Origin: Candidatus Iainarchaeum sp.
GTDB taxonomy: Archaea; Iainarchaeota; Iainarchaeia; Iainarchaeales; JAFGBZ01
Direction: 5' to 3'
Length of the DNA stretch: 64,000 nt
NCBI GenBank assembly: GCA_043817715.1
Contig: JBDRGO010000007.1
Location: 15,499-79,498 of the forward strand
The position numbers were made by a program, and so were the translations under genes. The notes beneath the pieces are model-generated. The model worked only from the letters and a program-made list of their open reading frames with translations, searched no databases and was not told where the DNA came from. Below are positions 28,458 through 37,162 of this stretch, piece after piece (position 1 is the stretch's first letter; every line of letters begins with the position of its first letter).

Positions 28458-29921
28458 ATGGCTTTAAAGGATTTATTGGAAAGCAGGAATGCTAATTTAA
28501 AGAAAATTGAGGAACTTGGATTTAACCCTTATCCATACAAATTCAAGGCAGAAAATTATGCCAAAGACATTAATGAAAAATATGGAAAAATAAAAGAAGG
28601 GGAAATGACTGGAAAAAAAGTTTCTGTTTTTGGAAGAATAATGAGCAACCGCGGAATGGGAAAAATGGCTTTCATGGATTTAATGGATTCAACTGACAGA
28701 ATCCAGATTGTGTTCAGGGAAGATTTATTGAATAAAAATAAATTTGAATTAATGCAGGCAGTTGATTTAGGGGATTTTCTTGGAGTCAAAGGAGAAGTAT
28801 TCAAAACCAAAAGAGGCCAGTTAAGCATTTTATGCAATGATTTTGAATTTATGTCAAAAGCAGTAAGACCTTTGCCGGAAAAATGGCATGGGCTGCAGGA
28901 TTTGGAAATCCGTTACAGAAAGCGTTCGCTTGACTTAATCATGAACCCTGAAACAAGAAAAGCATTTGAAATGCGTTCAAAAATAATTGATGCAGTAAGG
29001 GAATTCTTTAAATCAAAAGGATTTTTGGAAGTTGAAATTCCTTTAATTCAGCCTGTTTACGGCGGAGCAAACGCAAAGCCATTCATAACCAAATCAAATG
29101 CCTTGGACCAAAACATGTATCTAAGCATTTCGCCTGAATTATATTTAAAAAAATTAATTGTCGGAGGATATGAAAAGGTTTTCACCATCTGCAAGAATTT
29201 CCGAAATGAAGACATTGATAAAACCCATAATCCAGAATTCACAATGCTTGAATCATATGAAATCAATGCAGATTACAATGATGTAATGGATTTGGTTGAG
29301 GAATTATTTGAATTCACTGCATTAAAAGTTTTAGGCAAAACAAAAATCAATTATCAGGGAACAGAAATTGAATTAAAGCGCCCGTGGAAAAGGATTCCAA
29401 TGAAACAGGCAATAAAGGAATTTGCAGGAATTGATGTTGACAAAAAAACCGACAAGGAACTCTTTGAAAAAATCCTTGCGCATGGAGAGCCATATGACGG
29501 CGCAAAAGAAAGAGGCTGGCTAATTCAGGAACTGTTTGAAAGATACTGCGAAAAGCATTTAATCCAGCCAACCCATGTAATTGACCATCCAAAAGAAACA
29601 ACTCCTTTATGCAAAAAGCACAGGAAAGAAAAAGGATTAATTGAACGAGCTGAATCATTCATTAATTCATGGGAAATGACCAATCTTTACTCTGAATTAA
29701 ATGACCCAATAGTGCAAAAGGAAATGTTTGAACTGCAGGAAAAAATGACTGGTTTGAAGGAAAAACACCCCAAAGACACAGATTTCATTGAAGCAATGGA
29801 ATACGGCATGCCTCCAACAGGCGGATTAGGAATCGGAATTGACAGAATGGCAATGCTGCTGCTGGACCAACCGACAATAAGGGATGTAATTTTCTTCCCG
29901 CAAATGAGAACAATGAAATAA
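28458..29921 (+). CDS. lysS: Lysyl-tRNA synthetase, class II
   Basis: 487 aa; N-terminal OB anticodon-binding domain; class II motifs; C-terminal GMPPTGGLGIGIDRMAMLLLDQPTIRDVIFFPQMR is diagnostic of LysRS-II. Confidence 0.85.
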   Translation: MALKDLLESRNANLKKIEELGFNPYPYKFKAENYAKDINEKYGKIKEGEMTGKKVSVFGRIMSNRGMGKMAFMDLMDSTDRIQIVFREDLLNKNKFELMQAVDLGDFLGVKGEVFKTKRGQLSILCNDFEFMSKAVRPLPEKWHGLQDLEIRYRKRSLDLIMNPETRKAFEMRSKIIDAVREFFKSKGFLEVEIPLIQPVYGGANAKPFITKSNALDQNMYLSISPELYLKKLIVGGYEKVFTICKNFRNEDIDKTHNPEFTMLESYEINADYNDVMDLVEELFEFTALKVLGKTKINYQGTEIELKRPWKRIPMKQAIKEFAGIDVDKKTDKELFEKILAHGEPYDGAKERGWLIQELFERYCEKHLIQPTHVIDHPKETTPLCKKHRKEKGLIERAESFINSWEMTNLYSELNDPIVQKEMFELQEKMTGLKEKHPKDTDFIEAMEYGMPPTGGLGIGIDRMAMLLLDQPTIRDVIFFPQMRTMK

Positions 29922-29994
29922 ATGAGCCCAAATAGAATTCTGATTCAAAAGAAAACAATATAAATAGTTATACAGTATAATTATTTGTGGTTTT

Positions 29995-30231
29995 ATGTTT
30001 GAATGTGAGGCAAAATTAAAAACATGGGGCAACAGCATTGGCGTTGTGCTTCCTAAAAAAGAGCTTGAAAAGGAAAATCTTTCTGCTGACAGCAAAGTCA
30101 GAGTGGTTGTTTTTCCTGCAAAAAAGCTTACTGTAGGGGATATTTTTGGAAAGCTTGAAAACTGGAAAAAGCCAGCCAGCAGAATAATGAAAGAAATTGA
30201 CGAGGAATTGGACAGCAAATTCTTTAAGTGA
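29995..30231 (+). CDS. AbrB/MazE-family antitoxin (SpoVT_AbrB fold)
   Basis: 78 aa; KTWGNSIGVVLPKK swapped-hairpin motif. Confidence 0.7.
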   Translation: MFECEAKLKTWGNSIGVVLPKKELEKENLSADSKVRVVVFPAKKLTVGDIFGKLENWKKPASRIMKEIDEELDSKFFK

Positions 30232-30235
30232 TAAA

Positions 30236-30598
30236 ATGAAATATTTTTTCGATACTTATGCGTTAGTCGAAATTGTTGAAAAAAACCCGAATTATGTAAA
30301 ATTCATAAAAGAAGAAATTGTTACAGGCATTCTTAACATTGGAGAATTTTATTATTCGCTCCTGAAAGATTACGATGAAAGCACTGCGCAAAACTGGCTG
30401 AAGATTTTTGGGCAGACAATAATTCCTTTAAGCACAGACACAGCCATCAATGCAATGAAATTCAAATTCCTAAACAGGAAAAAAAACTTTTCTTTTGTTG
30501 ACTGCTGCAGTTACATGCAAGCAAAAGAAAACAACTTGATTTTCTTAACCGGCGACAAGGAATTCAAAGGAATGCCTAATGTGGAATTCGTGAAATGA
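30236..30598 (+). CDS. vapC: PIN-domain toxin (VapC-like)
   Basis: Start at MKYFFDTYALVEIV 4 nt after the antitoxin stop. The leading D of the PIN acidic set is in that motif; the conserved C-terminal acidic residue lies in LTGDKEF. Confidence 0.75.
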   Translation: MKYFFDTYALVEIVEKNPNYVKFIKEEIVTGILNIGEFYYSLLKDYDESTAQNWLKIFGQTIIPLSTDTAINAMKFKFLNRKKNFSFVDCCSYMQAKENNLIFLTGDKEFKGMPNVEFVK

Positions 30599-30657
30599 GA
30601 AAAAGAATTCAGATATGCCTATGCAAAGAAATTTAAATATAATTATATCTAATTATA

Positions 30658-30927
30658 TTGGTGATTTTTTTGGAAGCTGAAGTTGTTGTAAGAAAATGGG
30701 GCAATTCTCTTGGGTTGACTTTGCCTAAAAATCTTGTTGAAACCCAGAAAATAAGGGAAAATGACCGCATATCCATTCAGGTGGAGAAAAATAAGCTGTT
30801 AAGAGTAGGTGACATTTTCGGGCTTGCGAAAGGCTGGAAATTTGACACTCAAAAATTCAAAGACCAGGCAAGGAGGGAGGAACTTGAACGGGAAAGAAAA
30901 ATTTCTGGATTCTTACGCAATCATTGA
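30658..30927 (+). CDS. AbrB/MazE-family antitoxin, second copy
   Basis: 89 aa; RKWGNSLGLTLPKN; paralog of 29995-30231. Confidence 0.7.
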   Translation: MVIFLEAEVVVRKWGNSLGLTLPKNLVETQKIRENDRISIQVEKNKLLRVGDIFGLAKGWKFDTQKFKDQARREELERERKISGFLRNH

Positions 30928-31255
30928 AATAATCAAGGAAAACCAGAATTACAAACCATTTAAGGAAGCAGTTGCAGTAACAGGCAAAGCCAACTTGATT
31001 GAAGTCGCGTACAGTCTGCTTCAGGATTTCCAAAAAGAAACCGCATTAATTATATTGGGTTCCCTGAAAATCAAAACCCTTGAAATAGAGGACAACCAGA
31101 TAACAAAAATCGCTGTTTTCAAAAAAGAACACGCCAAAAAAAAATTCTCTTACATTGACTGCATAGGTTATATCCTGGCAAAAGAAAACGGAATAGCTTT
31201 CGTCACAGGCGACAAGGAATTTGAAGGAATGCCTAATGTGGAATTCGTGAAATGA
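30884..31255 (+). CDS. vapC: PIN-domain toxin (VapC-like), second copy
   Basis: Paralog of 30236-30598; the last 45 nt are identical. No in-frame ATG at the homologous position. Proposed TTG start at 30884 sits 5 nt after a GGAGGGAGG RBS and overlaps the antitoxin. Confidence 0.6.
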   Translation: MNGKEKFLDSYAIIEIIKENQNYKPFKEAVAVTGKANLIEVAYSLLQDFQKETALIILGSLKIKTLEIEDNQITKIAVFKKEHAKKKFSYIDCIGYILAKENGIAFVTGDKEFEGMPNVEFVK

Positions 31256-31349
31256 GAAAAGATATTTTTGTATAAATGAGAAAAATAAAAAAAGGAATTT
31301 ATAACAGATTGCATGAATGAAAATTTGAAAAACCTTAAAGGAAACTCAA

Positions 31350-32078
31350 ATGAAAACTGAAACGCTTGAAGTAAACGGCTTGAAATATGCTGTTAAAATT
31401 CATTATGAAAAAAGAAATAATTCCACCGGAAGCATTGGAAAAAACACAGTCAATATCCGCATTCCTTCAGGATTAAGCCGGGAAGAATGCTTCAGGGAAT
31501 TAATTAAAATGAAAGCGTGGGCAAGAAACAAAATCCAGGAAAACCCGTCAAAGTTTAAGCCGGAAATTCAAAAAGAATACAATGACGGAGATAACTTAAA
31601 AGTTGGAAATGAAGAATACAAACTCAGAATTGAATTAAAGGAAAAGCAAAGCAGTTCCGGCCGAATCAAAGAAGGCATTATTCATCTGACAATTTCCTCT
31701 AATTTATCAAAACAAATGCAAAACAGGCATATTTCAACCCTTTTAAGCAGGTGCATTGCGGAAAAAAGGCTTCCTCATCTTAAAGAAAAAATCAGTGAAT
31801 TAAACAAAAAGCATTTCAATCAAAAAATAAACAAAATTTTCTTCAAACACAATAAATCAAACTGGGGCAGCTGCTCAAAAGCAGGCAATATCAATATTTC
31901 AACAAAATTATTGTTTGCTCCGGAAGAGATACTGGAATATGTGTGCGTTCATGAATTGGCTCATCTCATTGAACAAAACCATTCCTCCCAATTCTGGGAA
32001 TTAATTGAAAAAGCAATGCCTGATTACCGGGAAAAAATAAACTGGTTTAAAGAAAACAAGGAAATATGTGGTTTCTAA
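31350..32078 (+). CDS. YgjP-like zinc metallohydrolase (COG1451/DUF45 family)
   Basis: C-terminal VCVHELAHLIEQNHSSQFWELIEKAMPDYREKINWFKENK matches the HExxH...FW signature of the YgjP/UPF0758 family. Confidence 0.6.
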   Translation: MKTETLEVNGLKYAVKIHYEKRNNSTGSIGKNTVNIRIPSGLSREECFRELIKMKAWARNKIQENPSKFKPEIQKEYNDGDNLKVGNEEYKLRIELKEKQSSSGRIKEGIIHLTISSNLSKQMQNRHISTLLSRCIAEKRLPHLKEKISELNKKHFNQKINKIFFKHNKSNWGSCSKAGNINISTKLLFAPEEILEYVCVHELAHLIEQNHSSQFWELIEKAMPDYREKINWFKENKEICGF

Positions 32079-32689
32079 TGAATTCAACTGAAGAAAACAA
32101 ATTAACTAAATCAACAATCCTAAAATTAAACAACAAAAAATTCTCTTTAATTGAAGAATTCTCACACGGGCACGCATCACAGATTTTTCTTGTAAAGGAT
32201 TCAAAAGGAAAAATTTTCAAATTAAAGAAAGAAAAAGCGAAATCAACTCGAATTAATATGGTACAAAAAGAAGCTTCAAATTTAAAAAAAGCAAATTCAA
32301 TCGGAGTTGGACCAAAATTAATTGATTTCAATGAATCAGAACACTGGGTTTTAATGGAATTCATTAAAGGAAAATTATTTTGTGATTTTATTTCAAATGA
32401 GCCGTCAAAAAAAGAATTATTAAAAGTATTAAACGCACTTTTTCAACAAGCAAAAAAATTAGATGAAATTGATTTAGATCACGGACAATTAGCAGGACGC
32501 GGAGCCAACATATTGGTTACTCCGCAATTGAAACCCGTAATAATTGATTTTGAAAAAGCTTCTCAAAAAAGAAAACCGCATAATCTGAATGTGTTAAAAT
32601 CAATGCTTTTTATCAGGAACTCTGAAATGGGAATAACTGTTAGAAGTATTTTAGGGGAAAAGGAATTAGAGAAATTATCTAAATTTTGA
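32066..32689 (+). CDS. Small atypical protein kinase (Bud32/RIO-like)
   Basis: 207 aa; Gly-rich loop plus Lys (HGHASQIFLVKD...KLKK), catalytic-loop-like DLDHGQLAGRGANILV and IIDFEKAS (DFG-equivalent); overlaps upstream gene by 13 nt. Confidence 0.5.
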   Translation: MWFLMNSTEENKLTKSTILKLNNKKFSLIEEFSHGHASQIFLVKDSKGKIFKLKKEKAKSTRINMVQKEASNLKKANSIGVGPKLIDFNESEHWVLMEFIKGKLFCDFISNEPSKKELLKVLNALFQQAKKLDEIDLDHGQLAGRGANILVTPQLKPVIIDFEKASQKRKPHNLNVLKSMLFIRNSEMGITVRSILGEKELEKLSKF

Positions 32690-32723
32690 ATTAATAAAAA
32701 CAAATTTAGTAAAAAAATTAATT

Positions 32724-32951
32724 TTATTTTTCTTTTAATTCATTTAATCTGTTCATAATTTTTAAAAATCTTTTTCTCTTTTCTCTTCTGACTTCAGACA
32801 CAACTACAGGGTGATTAAGCTCACGCATTAACAGCAACCTTTCGGAATTTAAATTCTCAATTTCTTCCTTTTGTTTAATCTTTTTTCCTATTACTGGCAA
32901 TAGTTTTCCAATTCTTAAAAAAAATCTTTTAATCCGCATATGCATTTTCAC
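32724..32951 (-). CDS. Hypothetical small basic protein
   Basis: 75-aa K/R-rich ORF. Confidence 0.25.
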   Translation of the reverse strand: MKMHMRIKRFFLRIGKLLPVIGKKIKQKEEIENLNSERLLLMRELNHPVVVSEVRREKRKRFLKIMNRLNELKEK

Positions 32952-32969
32952 TAATAAGAAAAATTTATT

Positions 32970-34004
32970 TTATGTTTTGAATACTTTTTTATACGCCGGC
33001 TCAAACTGCCATTCCTTGTATTTAATGTAAACAAATTTAATTATTGGAAGAGCCAATGCATAAAGCAATGCCCATAAAACAACTGAAACAAATAATGCCA
33101 GAACCAGGTTTGTCAGGAACAAAGAAAAAATTGAATCAGAGGAATGGGAAGCAACTGCCTTAAGCGATTCATTCTGCTGAAAACTAAATAAAAGAAATGA
33201 AGTAATTAATCCAAAAATTAAAAACAAAATCTGCAATGGCTTCATAATCCAGTGCTTGTTAATGTTTCTGAACGGGCATATTTCTTCAATTAACCTGAAT
33301 TCCTTCCGGGAAATTTCCTTTTGTTTCCTGATTAATTCAATTGAAGTTATCTGGTACTGCAAACAGGCTTTCACAACATCCTCAGAATAATCCCATTTTT
33401 TCAGAATTACCCCCAGTGTTTCTTCATTAACTGAATTAGGGTATTCCTCTAAAACCCTAAGCAAATCCTTTTTATTCAAATCAATTGATAAAAATTCATT
33501 TACTGCATATTCATCCAAATGCTGCTGTGTTAAAATTGTGTCAAGCATTCTTACTGAAAGCCATTTCTTGCCCTTAAGGAATTTCAATAAATCAAGCAAG
33601 TCATTTCCGACAACATTGAACCTGCTTAATGTATGAATAATGCTTAATGAAGTGGATTTATCCATTTCACTGAAAGTTTTTTCCCTTCGGAATGCCCTGA
33701 AAATTTTTCCCCAATTGTCAATAAAAATATCAATGAAAACAAGAACGCTTAAAACAGAAATTATTGCAATGAAAACAAATTTCTGGATATCCCCGCTAAG
33801 CCATAAAACAAGGACAAATAAAATCATTAGAAACCCGCTCCAGGCATTATCTGAAATTCTAATGTAACGCGTTGCAAGTGATTTCAGCAAAGAAGCGGTT
33901 GTTTCAAGAAAAGCAAAAAACTGCGTGATTGGCTTTTTATCAACCGGCTTGCAGGACAAATCACAATCAGGCCCAAAAATCCCTTTGTTTTCTTCTGAAA
34001 CCAT
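32970..34004 (-). CDS. Integral membrane protein
   Basis: 344 aa, multiple TM helices; no family recognised. Confidence 0.4.
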   Translation of the reverse strand: MVSEENKGIFGPDCDLSCKPVDKKPITQFFAFLETTASLLKSLATRYIRISDNAWSGFLMILFVLVLWLSGDIQKFVFIAIISVLSVLVFIDIFIDNWGKIFRAFRREKTFSEMDKSTSLSIIHTLSRFNVVGNDLLDLLKFLKGKKWLSVRMLDTILTQQHLDEYAVNEFLSIDLNKKDLLRVLEEYPNSVNEETLGVILKKWDYSEDVVKACLQYQITSIELIRKQKEISRKEFRLIEEICPFRNINKHWIMKPLQILFLIFGLITSFLLFSFQQNESLKAVASHSSDSIFSLFLTNLVLALFVSVVLWALLYALALPIIKFVYIKYKEWQFEPAYKKVFKT

Positions 34005-34285
34005 GCAAAAATAAGGGAAAACTAATTAAAAAAACTTTTTATTTTAGGAAAAGAAACGCGATTCAAGCAAAAGCTTGAATGCGCCCTTCAAAGCTCTGCT
34101 TTGAATAGGAAGCTTGCAAAAAATACCTAAAAAAAGCGTAATTGGAGAAAAAAAGAAAATTCATTTATGCTTTGCCCTTGTTTTTTTCTGTGCAATAGCC
34201 CTGTTTCCTGAATTGATTTTTTCCTTTAATACTTCTGCCTTTGAATCCATTGGATTCTGTTTTTTTCCAGCCAAATAAATCACTT

Positions 34286-34552
34286 TTAATTCAATTTGTT
34301 CTGAACCGCGTCAATTTTTTCCCGCAGTTTTGCTTTTTTGTCCCATAAAGAACTTTTGGTTTTTTCACACAGGTCAATTCCTTCATGGGTTTCAGGAGTC
34401 ACTAAATTAAGATAAGTTATCTTTCTGCCTGCTGCCTCGTTTTTCTTTCTTAATGAAGCCAATTTTTTCTCCAATAATTTCCGTCTTATTCTGCTTTGCT
34501 TCCATCTGCTTTTTAAGTTCCTGAAAAAACCCATAACCAGCACTAAATTCAT
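34286..34552 (-). CDS. Hypothetical basic protein
   Basis: 88 aa; 4-nt overlap with upstream gene (operon). Confidence 0.3.
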   Translation of the reverse strand: MNLVLVMGFFRNLKSRWKQSRIRRKLLEKKLASLRKKNEAAGRKITYLNLVTPETHEGIDLCEKTKSSLWDKKAKLREKIDAVQNKLN

Positions 34553-34941
34553 TTCACGAATTTTCTGTCAACTTCAAGGATTAATACATCACATGCTGCT
34601 TTAATTGATTCCAATTGCTTGATGATTCTTTCTTTTTCTTTTTCAATATCCTGAATGTTTTCATATGGTTCAATTGCTTCCCTTAGCATTGATGAATCAA
34701 CATAAGAGTATGGATGCGAATCCATTTTTTTTGAAATTCTTTCAACCATTTTTCCCAGCCATAAATTCATCTGGTTCTTAACTGTTCCTTTAATTTGTTT
34801 TCCTTTAGTTAAATGGCTTCTCAGCATATTAACAACAGTTGCTTTAGGGAAAGGCAATTTATCTTCTGGTAAATCCTCTTCATCCTCTTCAATCATTTCC
34901 TGTGTTTCTACCTTTTCTTCCTCTAATTTTCCTTTAACCAT
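34549..34941 (-). CDS. Hypothetical protein, possible histone-fold (NF-YB/Dr1-like) domain
   Basis: Acidic N-terminus; LPFPKATVVNMLRSHL...VKNQMNLWLGKMVERISKKM...VDSSMLREAIE pattern resembles a histone-fold helix1-loop-helix2-loop-helix3. Confidence 0.3.
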   Translation of the reverse strand: MVKGKLEEEKVETQEMIEEDEEDLPEDKLPFPKATVVNMLRSHLTKGKQIKGTVKNQMNLWLGKMVERISKKMDSHPYSYVDSSMLREAIEPYENIQDIEKEKERIIKQLESIKAACDVLILEVDRKFVK

Positions 34942-35022
34942 AAATTCACCTCAAAAATAAACGCATTACAGTAATACAAATTAGTATACAAATATTTAAA
35001 AATGAAAGAATTAAAAGGCTAA

Positions 35023-35718
35023 GTGACAAAAATATGTCAGATGAATTCAAATAATTTAAGGTTTTTAGCCCCCATAACAGGGCTGTTTGTAGCAGTATTA
35101 ATTATTTCAAACATTGTTTCAACCAAAATCGTTGATTTGGGTTTGCTGGTTTTTGACGGGGGAACACTGTTATTTCCTTTAAGTTATATTTTTGGAGATA
35201 TTTTAACTGAAGTTTATGGTTACAAAAAATCAAGGCAGGTAATCTGGACAGGATTTATTGCATTAATTATGATGAGTGTTACTTTCTGGTTAATTGGACT
35301 GCTTCCAGCAGCAAGTGATTGGTTAAATCAGGAAGCATATGATTTGATTTTAGGAATAATGCCAAGAATTGTGTTAGGTTCAATTATTGCTTATTTTGCA
35401 GGAGAATTTTCCAACAGCTTTGTTTTGGCTAAAATGAAAATTTGGAGCAAAGGAAAACATTTATGGCAAAGAACAATCGGCTCAACTTTAATAGGAGAAG
35501 GAATTGATTCTGTTTTATTTGTTTTAATTGCTTTCCTTGGAGTACTGCCGAATGAATTGCTAATAATGGTTATGGTTTCAAATTATGTTTTCAAGGTTGG
35601 AATTGAAGTAATGTTAACCCCAATAACTTATTTGGTTGTTGGTTTCTTAAAGAAAAAAGAACAAGTAGATGTCTACGATTATAAAACTGATTTTAATCCA
35701 TTTAAAGCAGAATTTTAA
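35023..35718 (+). CDS. yhhQ: Queuosine-precursor transporter YhhQ (COG1738/DUF165)
   Basis: ISNIVSTKIV...FDGGTLLFPLSYIFGDILTEVYGYKKSRQVIWTGF is a strong match to the YhhQ family signature. Confidence 0.8.
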   Translation: MTKICQMNSNNLRFLAPITGLFVAVLIISNIVSTKIVDLGLLVFDGGTLLFPLSYIFGDILTEVYGYKKSRQVIWTGFIALIMMSVTFWLIGLLPAASDWLNQEAYDLILGIMPRIVLGSIIAYFAGEFSNSFVLAKMKIWSKGKHLWQRTIGSTLIGEGIDSVLFVLIAFLGVLPNELLIMVMVSNYVFKVGIEVMLTPITYLVVGFLKKKEQVDVYDYKTDFNPFKAEF

Positions 35719-35814
35719 TAATTTTCATAAAAAGCAGGGGTTTAATTCTTTTCCTTTCATTAATTTTTCTGCGGTTAATGAAGAAACTGACGATGACGCC
35801 GAGGTTATTCAACC

Positions 35815-36130
35815 AATGATGAGTGATGGGCAGGCTGAAACCGCAATTGATAATTAATTAAGCACTGTTGAGCGAAGTGAAACAGTGCAACGCCCGCCAG
35901 CCGGCGTGACGGCTGTGATGGGCAGGCTGAAACCGCATAACTGCCACTGTTAGTTGGCACCAGCGTACTTTTCGCTCTTGGGCTCAAGAGTGCCTTAATG
36001 TACGCTTGCGTACTCCGCCCGCTAGCCAACATGATGGCTGTAATGGGCAGGCTAAAACCACAAGCTAATTAAGCACTGCTGAAAGCAGTGCACACGTGCC
36101 AACGGAGTGAGCCGTTGAACTGAAACCACT
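35815..36130. ncRNA. GC-rich structured non-coding island with internal 48-nt repeats and perfect hairpins (candidate novel sRNA(s); strand unknown)
   Basis: About 58% GC against a roughly 30% background. Three copies of GTGATGGGCAGGCTGAAACC(G/A)CA at 35822, 35915 and 36040. Two perfect 8-bp hairpins (35861-35887 and 36073-36091). Nested helices GGCAC...GTGCC. Copy 1 has a C-box AUGAUGA with CUGA exactly 12 nt downstream. Confidence 0.35.
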
Positions 36131-36171
36131 ATATTTAAATATGTGTTATCACATAATAATTATGTGATTTT

Positions 36172-36414
36172 ATGCCTAATATTACTTTATCAGCAACTGA
36201 TGAAATGAAGGAAAGAATGGGTCGGCATCCTGAAGTGCGTTGGTCTAATGCAGTTCGCATAATTATTGAAAAGAAATTAAATGATTTTGAAAAGGCCGAA
36301 CGTTTAGCTAATAAAATCAATCTTTCAGAGAAAGATGTTGAATTTATTTCAGATAAAGTTGAGAAGGACATGGCTAAACATGCAAAGGAGCTTTTGAATG
36401 AGGGTTACAGTTGA
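36172..36414 (+). CDS. Ribbon-helix-helix (CopG-like) putative antitoxin
   Basis: 80 aa; N-terminal ITLSATDEMKERMGRHPEVRWSNAVRIII beta-strand-helix pattern of RHH; 17-nt overlap with downstream PIN gene. Confidence 0.55.
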   Translation: MPNITLSATDEMKERMGRHPEVRWSNAVRIIIEKKLNDFEKAERLANKINLSEKDVEFISDKVEKDMAKHAKELLNEGYS

Positions 36415-36808
36415 TGCAAATATTCTTTTTTCTGCTTTGATTAAAAAAGGACAAACAAGAAAAGTTTGGTTTAATCCGGAAATTGAATTATGTGCTCCAG
36501 AATTTCTTTTAAAAGAATTCTTAAAATACAGGGAATATCTTCAGAAAAAAGCCTCTGGAACTCCTAAAGAATTCCAGGATATTTCAGAAACTCTTTTTTC
36601 ACAGGTTTTTTTTATTCCCGATTCAGAACTAAAACCATTTTTGCCTGCCGCCGCTTTTCTTTCAAATGATGCAAAAGACTGGCTTTATCTGGCTTGTGCT
36701 TTAAAAGAAGACACAATTATTTGGAGCAATGACAAAGAATTCAAGAAACAGAAAAGAATTAAAATAAAATCGACTAAGGAAATGATTGAAGAAACAGGGA
36801 TGCTGTGA
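36398..36808 (+). CDS. PIN-family putative toxin (TIGR00305-like)
   Basis: MRVTVDANILFSALIKKGQTRKVW N-terminus matches the TIGR00305 PIN toxin signature (vvlDtNvlisall). Confidence 0.6.
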   Translation: MRVTVDANILFSALIKKGQTRKVWFNPEIELCAPEFLLKEFLKYREYLQKKASGTPKEFQDISETLFSQVFFIPDSELKPFLPAAAFLSNDAKDWLYLACALKEDTIIWSNDKEFKKQKRIKIKSTKEMIEETGML

Positions 36809-36974
36809 TTAGTTTACTGGCAGGCTGAAACCTGCTTGATTTTCCCTTAAATTCCGTCAAAAACCAGAAAATTCAAGGTTTTAATGGGTTTTTAGCCTGT
36901 TTTGTTTAAAAACCTTTTTCTTGCTTCATTTAAACTATATTGTGTTTATTTGACCAATAAAGGAGGAATTTAAT

Positions 36975-37151
36975 ATGGCAGATATGTTAGTAGTAAAATC
37001 AAAAGTAGCAGAATATATTAAAGGAAAAGGAATGATGATGGCATCAGATTCACCGGAAGCATTAAGCGGAATGGTTGCAATGTTTTTAGATAAATCAATC
37101 GCAAGATGCAAAGAAAACGGAAGAAAAACCGTTAAACCATACGACTTCTAA
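36975..37151 (+). CDS. Small conserved protein (58 aa), DUF1931/histone-fold-like
   Basis: Below the ORF-track cutoff. Strong RBS AAAGGAGG 8 nt upstream. The stop is followed by a perfect hairpin ACGACTTCTAATTAGAAGTCGT plus T8. Sequence MADMLVVKSKVAEYIKGKG...NGRKTVKPYDF resembles the small archaeal DUF1931 family. Confidence 0.4.
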   Translation: MADMLVVKSKVAEYIKGKGMMMASDSPEALSGMVAMFLDKSIARCKENGRKTVKPYDF

Positions 37152-37162
37152 TTAGAAGTCGT

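Noticed and set aside
35669-36032. ORFs 35669-35857 (+) and 35805-36032 (-) inside the GC-rich island
   Set aside because: They run through the repeat and hairpin region, have atypical composition (Ala/Arg/Pro-rich from high GC) and overlap the end of yhhQ. The region is better explained as non-coding RNA or repeats.
35860-36130. SRP RNA or RNase P RNA identity for the GC-rich island
   Set aside because: The SRP helix-8 GGAAG(G/C)AGCA motif and the RNase P P4 AGGAAAGUCC and ACAGAA motifs could not be located. Identity is left open.
35822-36832. CRISPR array hypothesis for the GGCAGGCTGAAACC repeats
   Set aside because: There are only four copies, with irregular spacing (about 93, 125 and 780 nt) and variable flanks. 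No cas genes are in the window. This is not consistent with a CRISPR array.
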